Of a stretch of 64,000 nt of DNA, positions 23,501 through 34,500 are shown one piece after another. Position 1 is the stretch's first letter. Each line of letters opens with the position of its first letter. The notes below the pieces were generated by a model. It made no database searches. It had not been told where the DNA came from and was given only the letters and a program-made list of their open reading frames with translations. Both the position numbers and the translations under genes were made by a program. Source of the stretch: Spirochaetia bacterium (lineage in GTDB: Bacteria > Spirochaetota > Spirochaetia > WTKD01 > G963693115); NCBI GenBank assembly GCA_965226055.1, contig CBDDCA010000005.1, forward strand, positions 352,001 to 416,000, read 5' to 3'.

Positions 23501-24280
23501 ATGCAATACATCAGTAACATCAAAAAACATATATCACAGTTCTTTTTTACTATTGGAGACTTTACTATATTCTCCTTCAAAGCATTTAAGGCTCTGTTTA
23601 CTCCGCCATTTCGAGTAAAGCTCATCATTGATCAGCTCATGCATACTGGCATTGCCTCCATCAGTGTTATAGCTATTTCTAGTATAGCTATTGGCATGAT
23701 TTTTACATTACAGCTTGCCATCGAACTTGAAAAATTCAACAGTGCTGTACTCGTAGGCAACATTATAGGACAAGTATTCAGCAAAGAGCTAAGTCCTGTA
23801 TTTACTGCTTTGATGCTCATTGGAAAAAACGGATCTGCTATGACTGCAGAACTAGGAACTATGCATATTAGTGATCAAATATATGCTATGAAAACGATGT
23901 CTGTAGATCCAATACAATACCTCGTACCTCCACGCCTTATTGCGTGTATGTGGATGTTTCCGTTACTTTCTGCTCTTTCTACTCTTGTAGGATTAGGGGG
24001 AGCATCGTTTGTAGCATTTTATTTACTGAACATTGATAAAGCATCAACAATAGATTACATGTTCAAATCAATTACTCCTTTTGATATTATCATGGGAGTA
24101 TTTAAGTGTTTCCTTATGTCTATTTTTATTTGTCTTATATGTTGTTATCTAGGAATGTCCGATAAACGAAACTCTAATGATGTTGCAAAACAAACCACAA
24201 ATGCTGTGGTAATATCATCATTAACTATACTTATATTAGATTTTATATTAGGAAAACTTATCCTTTTAATAAATATATAA
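23501..24280 (+). CDS. mlaE: MlaE-family ABC permease
   Basis: KELSPVFTAL..GKNGSAMTAELGTM, DPIQYLVPPR, TTNAVV. Confidence 0.92.
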   Translation: MQYISNIKKHISQFFFTIGDFTIFSFKAFKALFTPPFRVKLIIDQLMHTGIASISVIAISSIAIGMIFTLQLAIELEKFNSAVLVGNIIGQVFSKELSPVFTALMLIGKNGSAMTAELGTMHISDQIYAMKTMSVDPIQYLVPPRLIACMWMFPLLSALSTLVGLGGASFVAFYLLNIDKASTIDYMFKSITPFDIIMGVFKCFLMSIFICLICCYLGMSDKRNSNDVAKQTTNAVVISSLTILILDFILGKLILLINI

Positions 24281-24293
24281 CTAAGAGATTTAT

Positions 24294-25043
24294 ATGAATG
24301 ACCAAGGCTTTCTAACCATAAAAAATCTTCGCAAATCTTTTGGAAACAAACATATTCTTGATGATATATCGCTTTCCATTAAAAAAAATAGTGTCACTAC
24401 TATTTTTGGAAAAAGTGGTGAAGGAAAAAGCGTACTATTAAAATGCATCGTGGGAATACTCACTGCTGATAGCGGAAATATATTATATAAAAATCATGAT
24501 ATTCGAGAGAAGAAAAAAGAAAATGCTCATATCCTTCAAGATTTTGCGTACTTATTTCAAGAATCTGCATTATTTGATTCATTGACTGTATTTGAAAATG
24601 TTGCATTTCCTTTACGAGAATGTCTAAAAATAAAACAAAAAGCACGCATATCAACCATAGTAGAAGAGTTATTAGAAAGTGTAAGTATAAGAAATAGCAA
24701 TACTAACTATCCATCCAATCTCAGTGGAGGAATGAAAAAAAGGGTAGCGCTTGCAAGACTTCTTGCTCTAAAACCAAAGATAATGCTTTGCGATGAACCA
24801 ACGACTGGACTAGACCCTGTTACTGGGAAAGCTATTACTGAGCTTATTGTAAAGCAAGCAAAAGAACATAATATTACCTGTATCATTATTTCACATGACA
24901 TAAATATAGCATTAGCATATACTGATACTGTGGCTTTTTTAGAAAATGGAAAAATAAGCTATTATGGAAACAAAGAAGGTATGTATACCAGCAACAGTGC
25001 ATTAGCACAACAATTTCTAGATATAGCTATGAATTTAAAATAA
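24294..25043 (+). CDS. mlaF: MlaF-family ABC ATPase
   Basis: GKSGEGKS, FQESALFDSL, LSGGMKKRV, DEPTTGLDP. Confidence 0.92.
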   Translation: MNDQGFLTIKNLRKSFGNKHILDDISLSIKKNSVTTIFGKSGEGKSVLLKCIVGILTADSGNILYKNHDIREKKKENAHILQDFAYLFQESALFDSLTVFENVAFPLRECLKIKQKARISTIVEELLESVSIRNSNTNYPSNLSGGMKKRVALARLLALKPKIMLCDEPTTGLDPVTGKAITELIVKQAKEHNITCIIISHDINIALAYTDTVAFLENGKISYYGNKEGMYTSNSALAQQFLDIAMNLK

Positions 25044-25061
25044 AGAAGGAAGGATAAGATA

Positions 25062-26498
25062 TTGAAAAAATCAATTATCATAATAGGCATTTTCTCTACA
25101 GGAGTAATAGTTTTTTTTACTCTTTTTATTATTCAATCAAGTAATTTAGTAGGGACAGAAAGTTATGAAATATCTGCTGAACTAAGCAATGCAGATGGAA
25201 TTATAAGAGAAACAACAGTCAAGATTGCTGGAGTAGATGTAGGAAAGGTCAAAGAATTACTATTACAAACAGATAATCATGTACTCCTTACCATAGAGTT
25301 AGATGGTAAGGTAAGCATCCCTATAGATTCTACAATACAAAAAAAACCACTTGGCATTCTTGGATCATCTTTTTTAGAGATTGTTCCAGGAACAGCTCAA
25401 ATAAATATTAGTGAAGGAGGTACATTACAAAGTACTAATGAGGCAAGTTTGATAGATACATTAGGAGATTCAGCAGGAAGTATCAGTGAAGATATAGAAA
25501 GCATAACAGATACAGTAGATACCTACTTAAAACAAAGCGATATTCTTGAAAAAATAGATAGTATAGCATCAGAATTAAATACTACTGTAATATACATGAA
25601 CACATTATTAGAAACAGTACAAAAAAGTGTAGAAAACAACACTACATCCATTGGCGCAATTATTACTGCAACAGCACAGATAACAAATGCACTTGAGTAT
25701 CTTATAGTGCAAGACAAACAATCATCAAATGATGATTTATCTCAAACATTACTTGCTATCCGAAATACGCTTGTTAATATAGAAGAAATTACAGGTAAAA
25801 TAAACAATGGAGAAGGAACCATAGGAAAATTGATAAATGACGAAGAGTTATACGATAACATCAATGAAACTGCAAGTAAACTAGATACTGCCGTTGATTC
25901 TATAAACAAGGTAGTAAATCCAGCAGCTCAATTAACAACAACCCTTGATTATAGAGTAGAAAATCTCATATCAGAAAACGCTCAGTATACTCCAAAACAG
26001 CATGTTAATCTTCAGTTTGCAATACCCAGTACTTACAGAGAATACAAAGTTGGTATTGCCTATGGTGGCGGAGAAAATCTTACTGATAATACATCCTACC
26101 CTTCTTTATCAGACAGTAATATAAAATTAAATCTCACTATCGGACAAGGGGTCTATAAAGATTATATCGTATTGCATGGAGGAGTTATAGAAAATACAGG
26201 TGGCTTTAGAGTTGATATACGCCCTATAAAAGAATGGGAAATTTCATCAGAGGTATATAATTTTGGCACACAAAATGGAGCAAATATCAGAGCCTTTACT
26301 CAAGTAAAGCCGTTTATATATTTAGAGAATAAGAAAAACCCTCTCAGCTGGCTGTATGTCAATGGTGGAGTAGACGATATACTTAATAGCTATACTCGAA
26401 CCTATTTTGTAGGAATAGGACTACACCTTGTTGACAATTTCTTTCACGAAGCTACTACAGTACTGCCTGTAGCTAACACAATACAACAACTGCCATAA
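25062..26498 (+). CDS. mlaD: MlaD/MCE-domain protein with long helical and C-terminal extension
   Basis: N-terminal TM; MCE motif VKIAGVDVGKV..GILG..FLEIVPG; GEGTIGKLINDEELY. Confidence 0.85.
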   Translation: MKKSIIIIGIFSTGVIVFFTLFIIQSSNLVGTESYEISAELSNADGIIRETTVKIAGVDVGKVKELLLQTDNHVLLTIELDGKVSIPIDSTIQKKPLGILGSSFLEIVPGTAQINISEGGTLQSTNEASLIDTLGDSAGSISEDIESITDTVDTYLKQSDILEKIDSIASELNTTVIYMNTLLETVQKSVENNTTSIGAIITATAQITNALEYLIVQDKQSSNDDLSQTLLAIRNTLVNIEEITGKINNGEGTIGKLINDEELYDNINETASKLDTAVDSINKVVNPAAQLTTTLDYRVENLISENAQYTPKQHVNLQFAIPSTYREYKVGIAYGGGENLTDNTSYPSLSDSNIKLNLTIGQGVYKDYIVLHGGVIENTGGFRVDIRPIKEWEISSEVYNFGTQNGANIRAFTQVKPFIYLENKKNPLSWLYVNGGVDDILNSYTRTYFVGIGLHLVDNFFHEATTVLPVANTIQQLP

Positions 26499-26503
26499 AA
26501 ACA

Positions 26504-27790
26504 CTAATCAATAACAAACAATCCTTGCGAAATAATTGCTTCTTCATTTTTTATCGTTTTGTACGCTATATCAGATTCTTCGTCTTCATTGTAATAGACT
26601 CCATATACTGATAATTTTTCATAACCAATCGTAAAATCTTCATGACTACAGCTTACATTACATCCAATAGACAACAGCTCTTCTTTTTCTTTCTTATCGT
26701 CATGACCAAAACCGTACCCTGTAGTATACGCAGCTCCCAACGCAAAATGAACACCAGCATTTTCATCAAACAAAATATTATTGAACACAATGCCTGATTT
26801 CCACACAAGTGAGTGAGTATCAACAAGTGCTATCTCCCCAAGATATTGATTGCGTTCATCAGCATGTAAAAAACTTTGAAGCGCATCATTCCCTGATTGA
26901 GCAGATGCAGAAACTACTTTTCCTTGACTAAATGTCATAGTAATACCGTCAATAGTCTTTCCAAATATTTCAATAGGTCGTTGTACTGTTACAGTACCAT
27001 GACTGTATCGACAATCGGGGGAAGTATATGTTTCTTCAGTGGGAACATTTGCTTGAAAACGTTTTCCATTAGAGCTAGTGTGTACCGCTCCTGACCATAT
27101 ACTCCGTTTATTAAGTGAAACAAACCAATTAGTACCTTCGCCTACAAAATGCAAGGCATGATATTTTTTATTATCAAGATATTGTTTTCTTTTTTGTATA
27201 CGACTAATTTTTTCTTCCCATGCGGTAATACAGTCATCCTTGTCTAACATAAGTATGTTACGCATATGTTCCCATAACTTTTTTCCTGCTGAGATAGGAT
27301 CTAAATGAGGAAATATATTTTTTCCCCATACCAATGTAGGATATGCAGTAACTATCCATGTAAACCTATCACTGATTACTCCTTCATGAAAATGCTTTAC
27401 GGTATTTTGATATGTTCTGTGCAATACCGATAATGCCTCTGCTGAAACTGCATTGCTTATATCTTTTTCAAGAGGACTACGCAATGAAATAACACAGGCT
27501 TTCATATCACTGTATTCGTTAAGGGTATCTTTTATATTATTGGGAAGGTATTCAAGATATTCTGTACGAGAATACTGTGCTCGAAGCAGCTGAAGATACT
27601 GATCTTTTATAGATACCGCAACATACTTTGCTCCTTTTTGATATGCTTTTTGAACAAGCGTATAGACCATCTGTTCATACCCAAACTGAGTATTGATAAG
27701 AACAACATCATCTTTATCGACTGCTAAAAGATGCAATATAAGATCTGCATATTTTTCCCTCTCTATAGGTGGTACTATGTCTTGTATCAT
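26504..27790 (-). CDS. Aminopeptidase, family M29 (AmpS/PepS type)
   Basis: NVPTEETYTSP, LGEIALV, LFDENAGVHFALGAAY, HEDF. Confidence 0.92.
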   Translation of the reverse strand: MIQDIVPPIEREKYADLILHLLAVDKDDVVLINTQFGYEQMVYTLVQKAYQKGAKYVAVSIKDQYLQLLRAQYSRTEYLEYLPNNIKDTLNEYSDMKACVISLRSPLEKDISNAVSAEALSVLHRTYQNTVKHFHEGVISDRFTWIVTAYPTLVWGKNIFPHLDPISAGKKLWEHMRNILMLDKDDCITAWEEKISRIQKRKQYLDNKKYHALHFVGEGTNWFVSLNKRSIWSGAVHTSSNGKRFQANVPTEETYTSPDCRYSHGTVTVQRPIEIFGKTIDGITMTFSQGKVVSASAQSGNDALQSFLHADERNQYLGEIALVDTHSLVWKSGIVFNNILFDENAGVHFALGAAYTTGYGFGHDDKKEKEELLSIGCNVSCSHEDFTIGYEKLSVYGVYYNEDEESDIAYKTIKNEEAIISQGLFVID

Positions 27791-27857
27791 GCTTTTTTTA
27801 CCTCACAATAATAGCATTCAATATATATACTTATATATAGCTTATGTGTAATACTGC

Positions 27858-28325
27858 TTACTTTTTTATTTCATCAATTTGCTGCGATAAAGAAGCTTGA
27901 TCAATAATAGCCAGTGCAGCAGAATACCCTGCGTTTCCATGTTTTATGCCTGCTCTGTTTAAGGCTTGTTCTACAGTATGGGTAGTGAGTACCCCAAAAC
28001 TTATTGGAATACTGCTCTCACGTGCTATTGCAGCAATAGAAGATGCGGTATTTGACGCAACATAATCATAATGATCTGTATCTCCCTTAATCACTGCTCC
28101 AAGACAACATATTCCATGATAAAGGTTCTTTTTTGATAGCTTATTAGCAATAAAAGCAAGTTCCATAGAGCCAGGCACCCAAAAAATATCAGGGGCATTT
28201 CCTTCATGCTGTTCTATACATTGCTTTGCTCCTGCAAGAAGTTTTTCAGTAATGAGTGAGTTAAAACTAGCAACAACAATAGCAAATTGCTTTCCTTTAG
28301 CACTTAATGTTCCACTATATTCCAT
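27858..28325 (-). CDS. ribH: 6,7-dimethyl-8-ribityllumazine synthase
   Basis: FN..IT..LL.GA, VPGSME, GAVIKGDTDHYDYV, FGVLT. Confidence 0.95.
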   Translation of the reverse strand: MEYSGTLSAKGKQFAIVVASFNSLITEKLLAGAKQCIEQHEGNAPDIFWVPGSMELAFIANKLSKKNLYHGICCLGAVIKGDTDHYDYVASNTASSIAAIARESSIPISFGVLTTHTVEQALNRAGIKHGNAGYSAALAIIDQASLSQQIDEIKK

Positions 28326-28459
28326 TGTTTCTTTCCTTTTTGTCTATTACTTTACCTGTATTTTCTATTATTATATATGCTTTCTATCATATGGCTTTCC
28401 ATTCTATGTTTCTTACCCATAAAAGATCGTATACCCATATATAAAGTATAGCAAATAAC

Positions 28460-29077
28460 TTATACATGTTGTATATAGGATAATAGATCTTCTATGTGAA
28501 GTAGCACAAGACCATGCTCTTTTGCAATATGTTCAAGCTGTGCCATGCTTGCTGCAAAGCCATCTTTGTTAAGTATCTCACAAATAGCAGCTACTGGTCT
28601 GTGTCCAGCTTGCCGTACCAGCTCTATAGATGCTTCGGTATGCCCTGCTCTTGATTGTACTCCCTCTTTATGTGCAACAATGGGAAATATATGTCCCGGT
28701 CGAGCTAAATCTTGTGGCACTGTGCGTGCATCTGCAAGCGTGTTTATAGTAATAGCTCTATCACGTGCTGATACTCCCGTAGTAGTACCTGCAACAGCAT
28801 CTACACTTACAGTAAAGGCAGTATGATGTAAAGAGGTATTATTATTGACTTGCATATCAAGAGAGAGGCTTTGTGCTATCTCAGAAGAAAGAGGACAGCA
28901 CAACAATCCTTTTCCTTCAGTAATCATAAAGTTTACACTTTGAGTATTTACCATTTGAGCAGATTGTACAAAGTCACCTTCATTTTCTCTGTCTACATTA
29001 TCAAATAAGATAACTATCTTGCCTTGTTTTATATCTGCTATTGCTTGTTCAACTATTTCTTTTTTTCGTATTTCCAT
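28460..29077 (-). CDS. ribB: 3,4-dihydroxy-2-butanone 4-phosphate synthase (no GTP cyclohydrolase II domain)
   Basis: DRENEGD, FTVSVD, TGVSA.DRA, RPGHIFP, RAGHTEA; 205 aa. Confidence 0.93.
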   Translation of the reverse strand: MEIRKKEIVEQAIADIKQGKIVILFDNVDRENEGDFVQSAQMVNTQSVNFMITEGKGLLCCPLSSEIAQSLSLDMQVNNNTSLHHTAFTVSVDAVAGTTTGVSARDRAITINTLADARTVPQDLARPGHIFPIVAHKEGVQSRAGHTEASIELVRQAGHRPVAAICEILNKDGFAASMAQLEHIAKEHGLVLLHIEDLLSYIQHV

Positions 29078-29092
29078 AAGCTCTGTATTTAA

Positions 29093-29791
29093 TTATACTC
29101 TTTTATTGATAACATTGTTATAATGTGATACTACCATGTTGCTAACATGCTTTATTATCATATCGGGTTCTATGTTTATTGCATCCCCTTGTTTTCTATA
29201 TTGTAGAGTTGTATGATGATATGTATGAGGAATAATGTTGACAATAATAGTTTGTGCCTGCGTGTCTATATACGCAATGGTAAGGCTTATTCCATCCAGT
29301 GTCACCGATCCTTCAGGACACATATATTGCATCATTGATTGCGACATGTGTATACTATAAAAATAATTTTTTTCAGAATATGGCAATTCTTTCGTCTGCT
29401 GTTGCTCTTTTGCATCCTTGCTATATGTGTCTTCTTTTTTATGAGTGATAGCCGTAATAGTCCCTGTAGACTCCACATGCCCAAGCACAAAATGCCCTCC
29501 TAAAGAATCTCCTACCTTAAGAGATAGCTCCAAGTTTACATAATCATGTGTTTGTAACAGAGAGAGGTTTGTTTTTTCCTCACTACTGTATAATACCTCT
29601 ACAGTAAAAGTTCCATATAAACGAGAATATGTTACCACAGTAAGACATACCCCATTTACTGCTACAGAGTCTCCTTTTCGAATTCTTTTACTAATATATC
29701 TTGACTTGATAACTAAGCGTCTGTATTTTCCTTCTTCCTTTATGTCTACCGACAGTACCGTACCTATATCAACCACTAATCCTGTAAACAT
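29093..29791 (-). CDS. ribE: Riboflavin synthase (alpha chain)
   Basis: MFTG start, GDSVAVNGVCLTV, GGHFVLGHV, DGISLT. Confidence 0.95.
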   Translation of the reverse strand: MFTGLVVDIGTVLSVDIKEEGKYRRLVIKSRYISKRIRKGDSVAVNGVCLTVVTYSRLYGTFTVEVLYSSEEKTNLSLLQTHDYVNLELSLKVGDSLGGHFVLGHVESTGTITAITHKKEDTYSKDAKEQQQTKELPYSEKNYFYSIHMSQSMMQYMCPEGSVTLDGISLTIAYIDTQAQTIIVNIIPHTYHHTTLQYRKQGDAINIEPDMIIKHVSNMVVSHYNNVINKRV

Positions 29792-29887
29792 AGCTCCTCC
29801 TATAGTAATTGTAGCATTTTCTTATTATAATGGCTTTGGAAAATATAAGCTGTAAACTAATAATTCAATTTATGCGATAATATAAAT

Positions 29888-30130
29888 ATGAAAAAAGAAA
29901 CAAAAAATAGAGATGATGATTCACTTGATACTCCAGTAACTAAATATGATTTGTTGCTAGAAAAAATGAACAGTATAAGCACAAATTTAGAAGAAAAAAT
30001 GAACAGTACGAGCACAAAACTAGAAGAAAAAATAAACAGCTTGAGCAATAGTATAAAAACTATTTATTGGATTATGGGAATAAACTTTGCAACCATGTTC
30101 GCTGGATTCACTTTACTCTACAATAAATAA
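29888..30130 (+). CDS. Small Bdr/DUF1640-like coiled-coil protein with C-terminal membrane anchor
   Basis: VTKYDL, three 11-aa (33-bp) repeats (EKMNS...LE) and a hydrophobic C-terminus. Confidence 0.7.
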   Translation: MKKETKNRDDDSLDTPVTKYDLLLEKMNSISTNLEEKMNSTSTKLEEKINSLSNSIKTIYWIMGINFATMFAGFTLLYNK

Positions 30131-30171
30131 AAAATCTCTAATTTTCATTAAATAGATCAGCCTCTTCTTTT

Positions 30172-31440
30172 TTATATGAGCCTTTGTTTTCCATAACATT
30201 GAAAATATTCTTTTGTATATCCTGATATCAATAGATCCTCTGTGCCATCGGCATTAGCAATAGTACGAGTGTTTACTGTGTACAAAGAAGATACTTCTTT
30301 CATGGTAGTGATTCCCTGTATCTGAAAAGAGGAGTGCTGTGTGCCACCTATAATTTTTGGTGCTATAAATACTGATATTTTATCTATAAGCCCCATAGAA
30401 AAAAAACTACTGAGCAATGTTGCTCCACTTTCCAGTAAGACAGAATAGCAGGACAAAGAATACAGTACATCCAATACATGATACAAATCTATACGTTGCT
30501 TTGTATCTCTCTCCTGTGTAATGATTTTTGCTCCACGTGCTTCTAGTGCTTGTGCTTTTTTCTTTTTTTGATGAACATACTGTTTTGCACAAAAAATAAT
30601 AACACCAGGGGACTGTCTGCGTGCAATATCAAATATACGGGCATGTGCGGGAGTTTTTAATGTTGTATCAAGAATTACCAACAACGGATTATTGGATGCT
30701 TTTGACATATCATTACTACTATTTTTTAGTCGAACATCAAAACGAGGATTATCTTTGAGTATAGTATTTACTCCTGTGATAATTGCTTGAGCTTGCTTGC
30801 GTATGATACGATGTACCACTGCTCGTGAAGCCTCTCCTGTAATCCACTGTGAGTCTCCCGAAAGAGATGCTATGCGTGCATCAATACTCTGTGCAATTTT
30901 TGCATGTACAAAAGGATGCTTTTTCTGTTGTAATGCAATAAACACCTCGTTTAATTCTACCAGCTCTTTTTGGAGAATATCAAGTACTATTACTTCTATC
31001 CCTGCTTTTTGCAACAATGCAATGCCTTTGCCTTGCATATTTTTATTGGGATCGATCATGCCTACTACTACTTTCTTTATTCCTGATGCTATAATGGTAT
31101 CGGTACAGGCAGGTTGCTTTTTTCCTTTCCACACAGCACAGCATGGCTCTAAGGTACAGTACAGTATTGCCTCATCCATTATCTTTGGCATAACAGGAGA
31201 TGTACGAGAAAAACTAAAAACATTGCTTTTTTTCAATGCTCTGTCTATGGCAATTTTTTCTGCATGTTGCTGTCCATACTGTGCATGCCATCCTTGTGCT
31301 ATAATCTCATCATCTTTTACTATCAATGCCCCTACTTTAGGGTTTGGATATACTGCATTCCCTCCCCTTTTTGCAAGAGCTATAGCTTTCTGCATATATT
31401 TCTTATGCTCATTCATACTATATTTCTCATTATACATCAT
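30172..31440 (-). CDS. ribD: Bifunctional riboflavin deaminase/reductase RibD
   Basis: PNPKVGA, HAE, TLEPC..C, SQWITG. Confidence 0.95.
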   Translation of the reverse strand: MMYNEKYSMNEHKKYMQKAIALAKRGGNAVYPNPKVGALIVKDDEIIAQGWHAQYGQQHAEKIAIDRALKKSNVFSFSRTSPVMPKIMDEAILYCTLEPCCAVWKGKKQPACTDTIIASGIKKVVVGMIDPNKNMQGKGIALLQKAGIEVIVLDILQKELVELNEVFIALQQKKHPFVHAKIAQSIDARIASLSGDSQWITGEASRAVVHRIIRKQAQAIITGVNTILKDNPRFDVRLKNSSNDMSKASNNPLLVILDTTLKTPAHARIFDIARRQSPGVIIFCAKQYVHQKKKKAQALEARGAKIITQERDTKQRIDLYHVLDVLYSLSCYSVLLESGATLLSSFFSMGLIDKISVFIAPKIIGGTQHSSFQIQGITTMKEVSSLYTVNTRTIANADGTEDLLISGYTKEYFQCYGKQRLI

Positions 31441-31513
31441 ACACTATTATGAGTTTAGTTTGTATATGATATACAAAGATATATAGAAATATTTTCTTAC
31501 TGCTCTTATGGTT

Positions 31514-31549
31514 CTATAGCAAGAAAGGAGCTATCCTTTCTTGCTATAG
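31514..31549. terminator. Conserved 3' hairpin of copy B
   Basis: CTATAGCAAGAAAGGA-gcta-TCCTTTCTTGCTATAG, perfect 16-bp stem. Confidence 0.7.
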
Positions 31550-31569
31550 GTATTGTTTCTTATATTCTA

Positions 31570-34500
31570 CTATGAGCTACACTCTGCAGATCCTTTGAAT
31601 TTTGGATATCTGCTTGAAACTCTGTCTAAAGGTGAACCTACAAACATATTATTAATTGAAGTTCCTGGTTTAAATTCACACATTCTCCACGATGATAAAT
31701 CTTGATTAAATACAGTGGTACCAGAAAACATACCTGTTGCTGTAGAAACATTTTCAACATTCCATCCACTTATATTTTGATTAAATTTACTAGCTACAGC
31801 AAACATATCATTCATATCAGTAACCTCACTCACATCCCAATCTCCTATGTCTTGATTAAATACAGAAGCAAAGGCAAACATACTATTCATATTCGTTACA
31901 TTACTGGTATTCCACTGTGTTATATCCCCATTAAAAGTACTATCTCTAAAAAATAAATCACTCATATCAGTAATGGCACTGGTATCTATCATGTTGAGGT
32001 TGGGGCTAGGGTTACTGTTCCCTCCTGAACCTTGCCTTGTTTTTTCTGCAGTGATAATATCTTGTAGTGCTTTCTTTGTTGTTGGTCTGTAATAAGTAGC
32101 CGATTGTCCTGCTAGTTTCACCAGCCCTGTCTCTACATTGATAGTTGCAAGTGCCTTTTGTCCCGAGTATGCTCCTGAAGAAGTAATCGTACATTCCACT
32201 ACCTCGTAGTTATACTCAGTTATAGCAGTATCATATATGTTTGATTTATTTGCTGTGCCTGTTATTGTTATTGTATTGGTATTTTTTGCAAATGTTACTG
32301 CTAAGCCTGTTTCTTCTTTGAGTGTGCTGTCATCTAAGGTGCTTTCATCACAGGTAAAGGTAAGTCCACTAGGACTGATACTGGTAAGTACTCTTGTAGT
32401 ATTTTGTGCAAGTGCTGTGCCTACTGTTGCTGATACCTTTGTGGCATTTCCTATCGCTACTGCTGGGGTGCTGGCAGATACTGCTGTTGCTTCTGCTGAT
32501 ACCTTTGTCTTTTTGAGGCTGTTTACTGCTACTGCGGTGATATAGTACTTTGTATTCAATCGTAGATTGCGTATTGTATAGCTTGTTGCTCCTATTGGTA
32601 CATCGTCTTTTTCTGCTCCTTCTTGTGCATCGCTTGCTGCTTTTGCTTGTGTTTTTACTGTTGCTCCATCTATGTTTGTTTTTGAGACTGCATAATACAC
32701 TATATAGTCTATTTGATTATCTCTTAAATCAGTTCCTTCTGCTGTTGTTCCTTTTACGGTTGGGGCTGTTATGGTAAGTACTATGGTTGCTCCTTGTGCA
32801 TTTGCTTGTATGATGGGCTTTCCTGGTGCGGCATAGGCTTCTTTTGCGATAAACTCCTTGCGTGATCCTGTTGCCTCTTTGTTGGTATCGGTGCTGTTTA
32901 CTGCTTGCACTACTATTTCGTAAGTTGTGCCTACTGTCAATCCTGTCAGAGTGCTGTTGGTTGTGCCTGCTGCTACTGCTGTGGAGCTTCCTGCTGCTGT
33001 TTTTATTTGTGCTACTGTCCTTATTGCACTGCCACTCTTGGCTACTTTGTATACTTTGTACGATACTTGTGCTACTGTTAGGGTGTCTCCTTTGTTTGTT
33101 TTGTGGCTTGCATTGAGGCTGGGGGCTGTCCACGATACTGTTGCACTCCCTCCTGTTACTCCTCCTACTTGTATGTTGCTTACTTCTGCGGGGGCAGTCG
33201 CCTGTGATGTGGTTGTTACGCTTGCCACTGTCGATACTGCTTTTTTGCTTGTGTCTGTTTTTACTGCTACTTCTACCACAAAATGATACTTTGTTGCTCC
33301 CTTTATTGCTATCACTGGATCTGTATCTGCAGATAAGCCTAAACTGCTAAGGGCTTGTACTGTGTACACTCCGCTACTTGCCGTGCCTATACTTACTCTT
33401 CTGCCTCTTTGTACTTCTGCTACTGTAGGCGTTGTGTCTTTCTGTAAGCCGTACACTGTGTATACTAGCTCATCATTGCTTGTTACTGTTGTGCCATCTT
33501 TGTTTTTTGCTCCTGTTATTGTGCTTAACTGTGTGAGTACGAGCTTTATTGTTCCTGTCGTGTTTGTTGAGGGTGATACTACCAGCTTACCTGTTAAGGA
33601 CGATGTAGGGGCTGTTGCTTTTGAGGTGGGGATAGTGCTTAATTCTAATTTTTGTATCAGTGCAGGGTCTTTGCTTTGTGCTTTCTTTGTTGCATAGGGA
33701 TTGAGGCTGTTTATTGCTTCTATGCCTATGGTGTACACTGCTCCTTTTGTTCCTATAAATGTTCCTCGTAAGCTGCTGTTTCCTGCTATCTCTTGCGTTT
33801 GTACTCCTCCCATTGCTTTTATTTCCGCTATAGTTTTAGTACTCTGGTCTCCTGCTACTATGTATACTTTGTACTGTATTTGTGCCTGTGTGAGTTGTCT
33901 GTCGTTGGGTGCTTTATGGTTACTGGTAATTGTTCCTTTTTGAAACTCATACTGTACGGTATCGCTTGTCTGTGTTGATGTTTCGATAAACAGTGATAGA
34001 TTTTCTGGTGCTGGGGGAACAGTGGATACTGCATCATATACTGCTACTTTATCAGTGAGCGTTGTTGGGGGGCTTACTCTGTTATTCTCTACTGTGAGAA
34101 AGGTAAAGCTATAGCTTTTTGCATTTGCTTGCGTTGAGGATACTTCTATGCCATCTGCTATGCCAAAGCTAATGGTGGTTGCTGTACTTGTTATGCTTTT
34201 TTCTGCTACCAAGTTTGTGCCATCTAACATACGCAGGGTGTAGTACTTATTTGATCCAGGAGCTTGCTTAAAGCTTGCTTTTATTTGTATTGCTCCTGTT
34301 GTTGTAACTAGGGCAGGCTTGCTTTGAAAGAGATCTTCTGAGGGGGCTGTGAGTGAGTTGGGGGTGCTTATGTCTTTTGTTGCTTGGGTGCTTTTATTTT
34401 CTGAGTAATCATAGGTGAGTATTGTTATGGTATATGTTTTTCCTTGCACAAGTTCTTCAACAGAGAGTGCTGTTGTGGGATAGGGTATTTTCTTCTCGTT

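Noticed and set aside
30797-31486. 229-aa ORF antisense to ribD (also 43906-44412 antisense to moaC and 40226-40765)
   Set aside because: Fully overlaps well-conserved genes on the other strand and has no recognisable motifs
31441-31510. FMN riboswitch before ribD or Moco riboswitch before moaA
   Set aside because: The intergenic stretches are short and AT-rich, with no recognisable conserved riboswitch sequence
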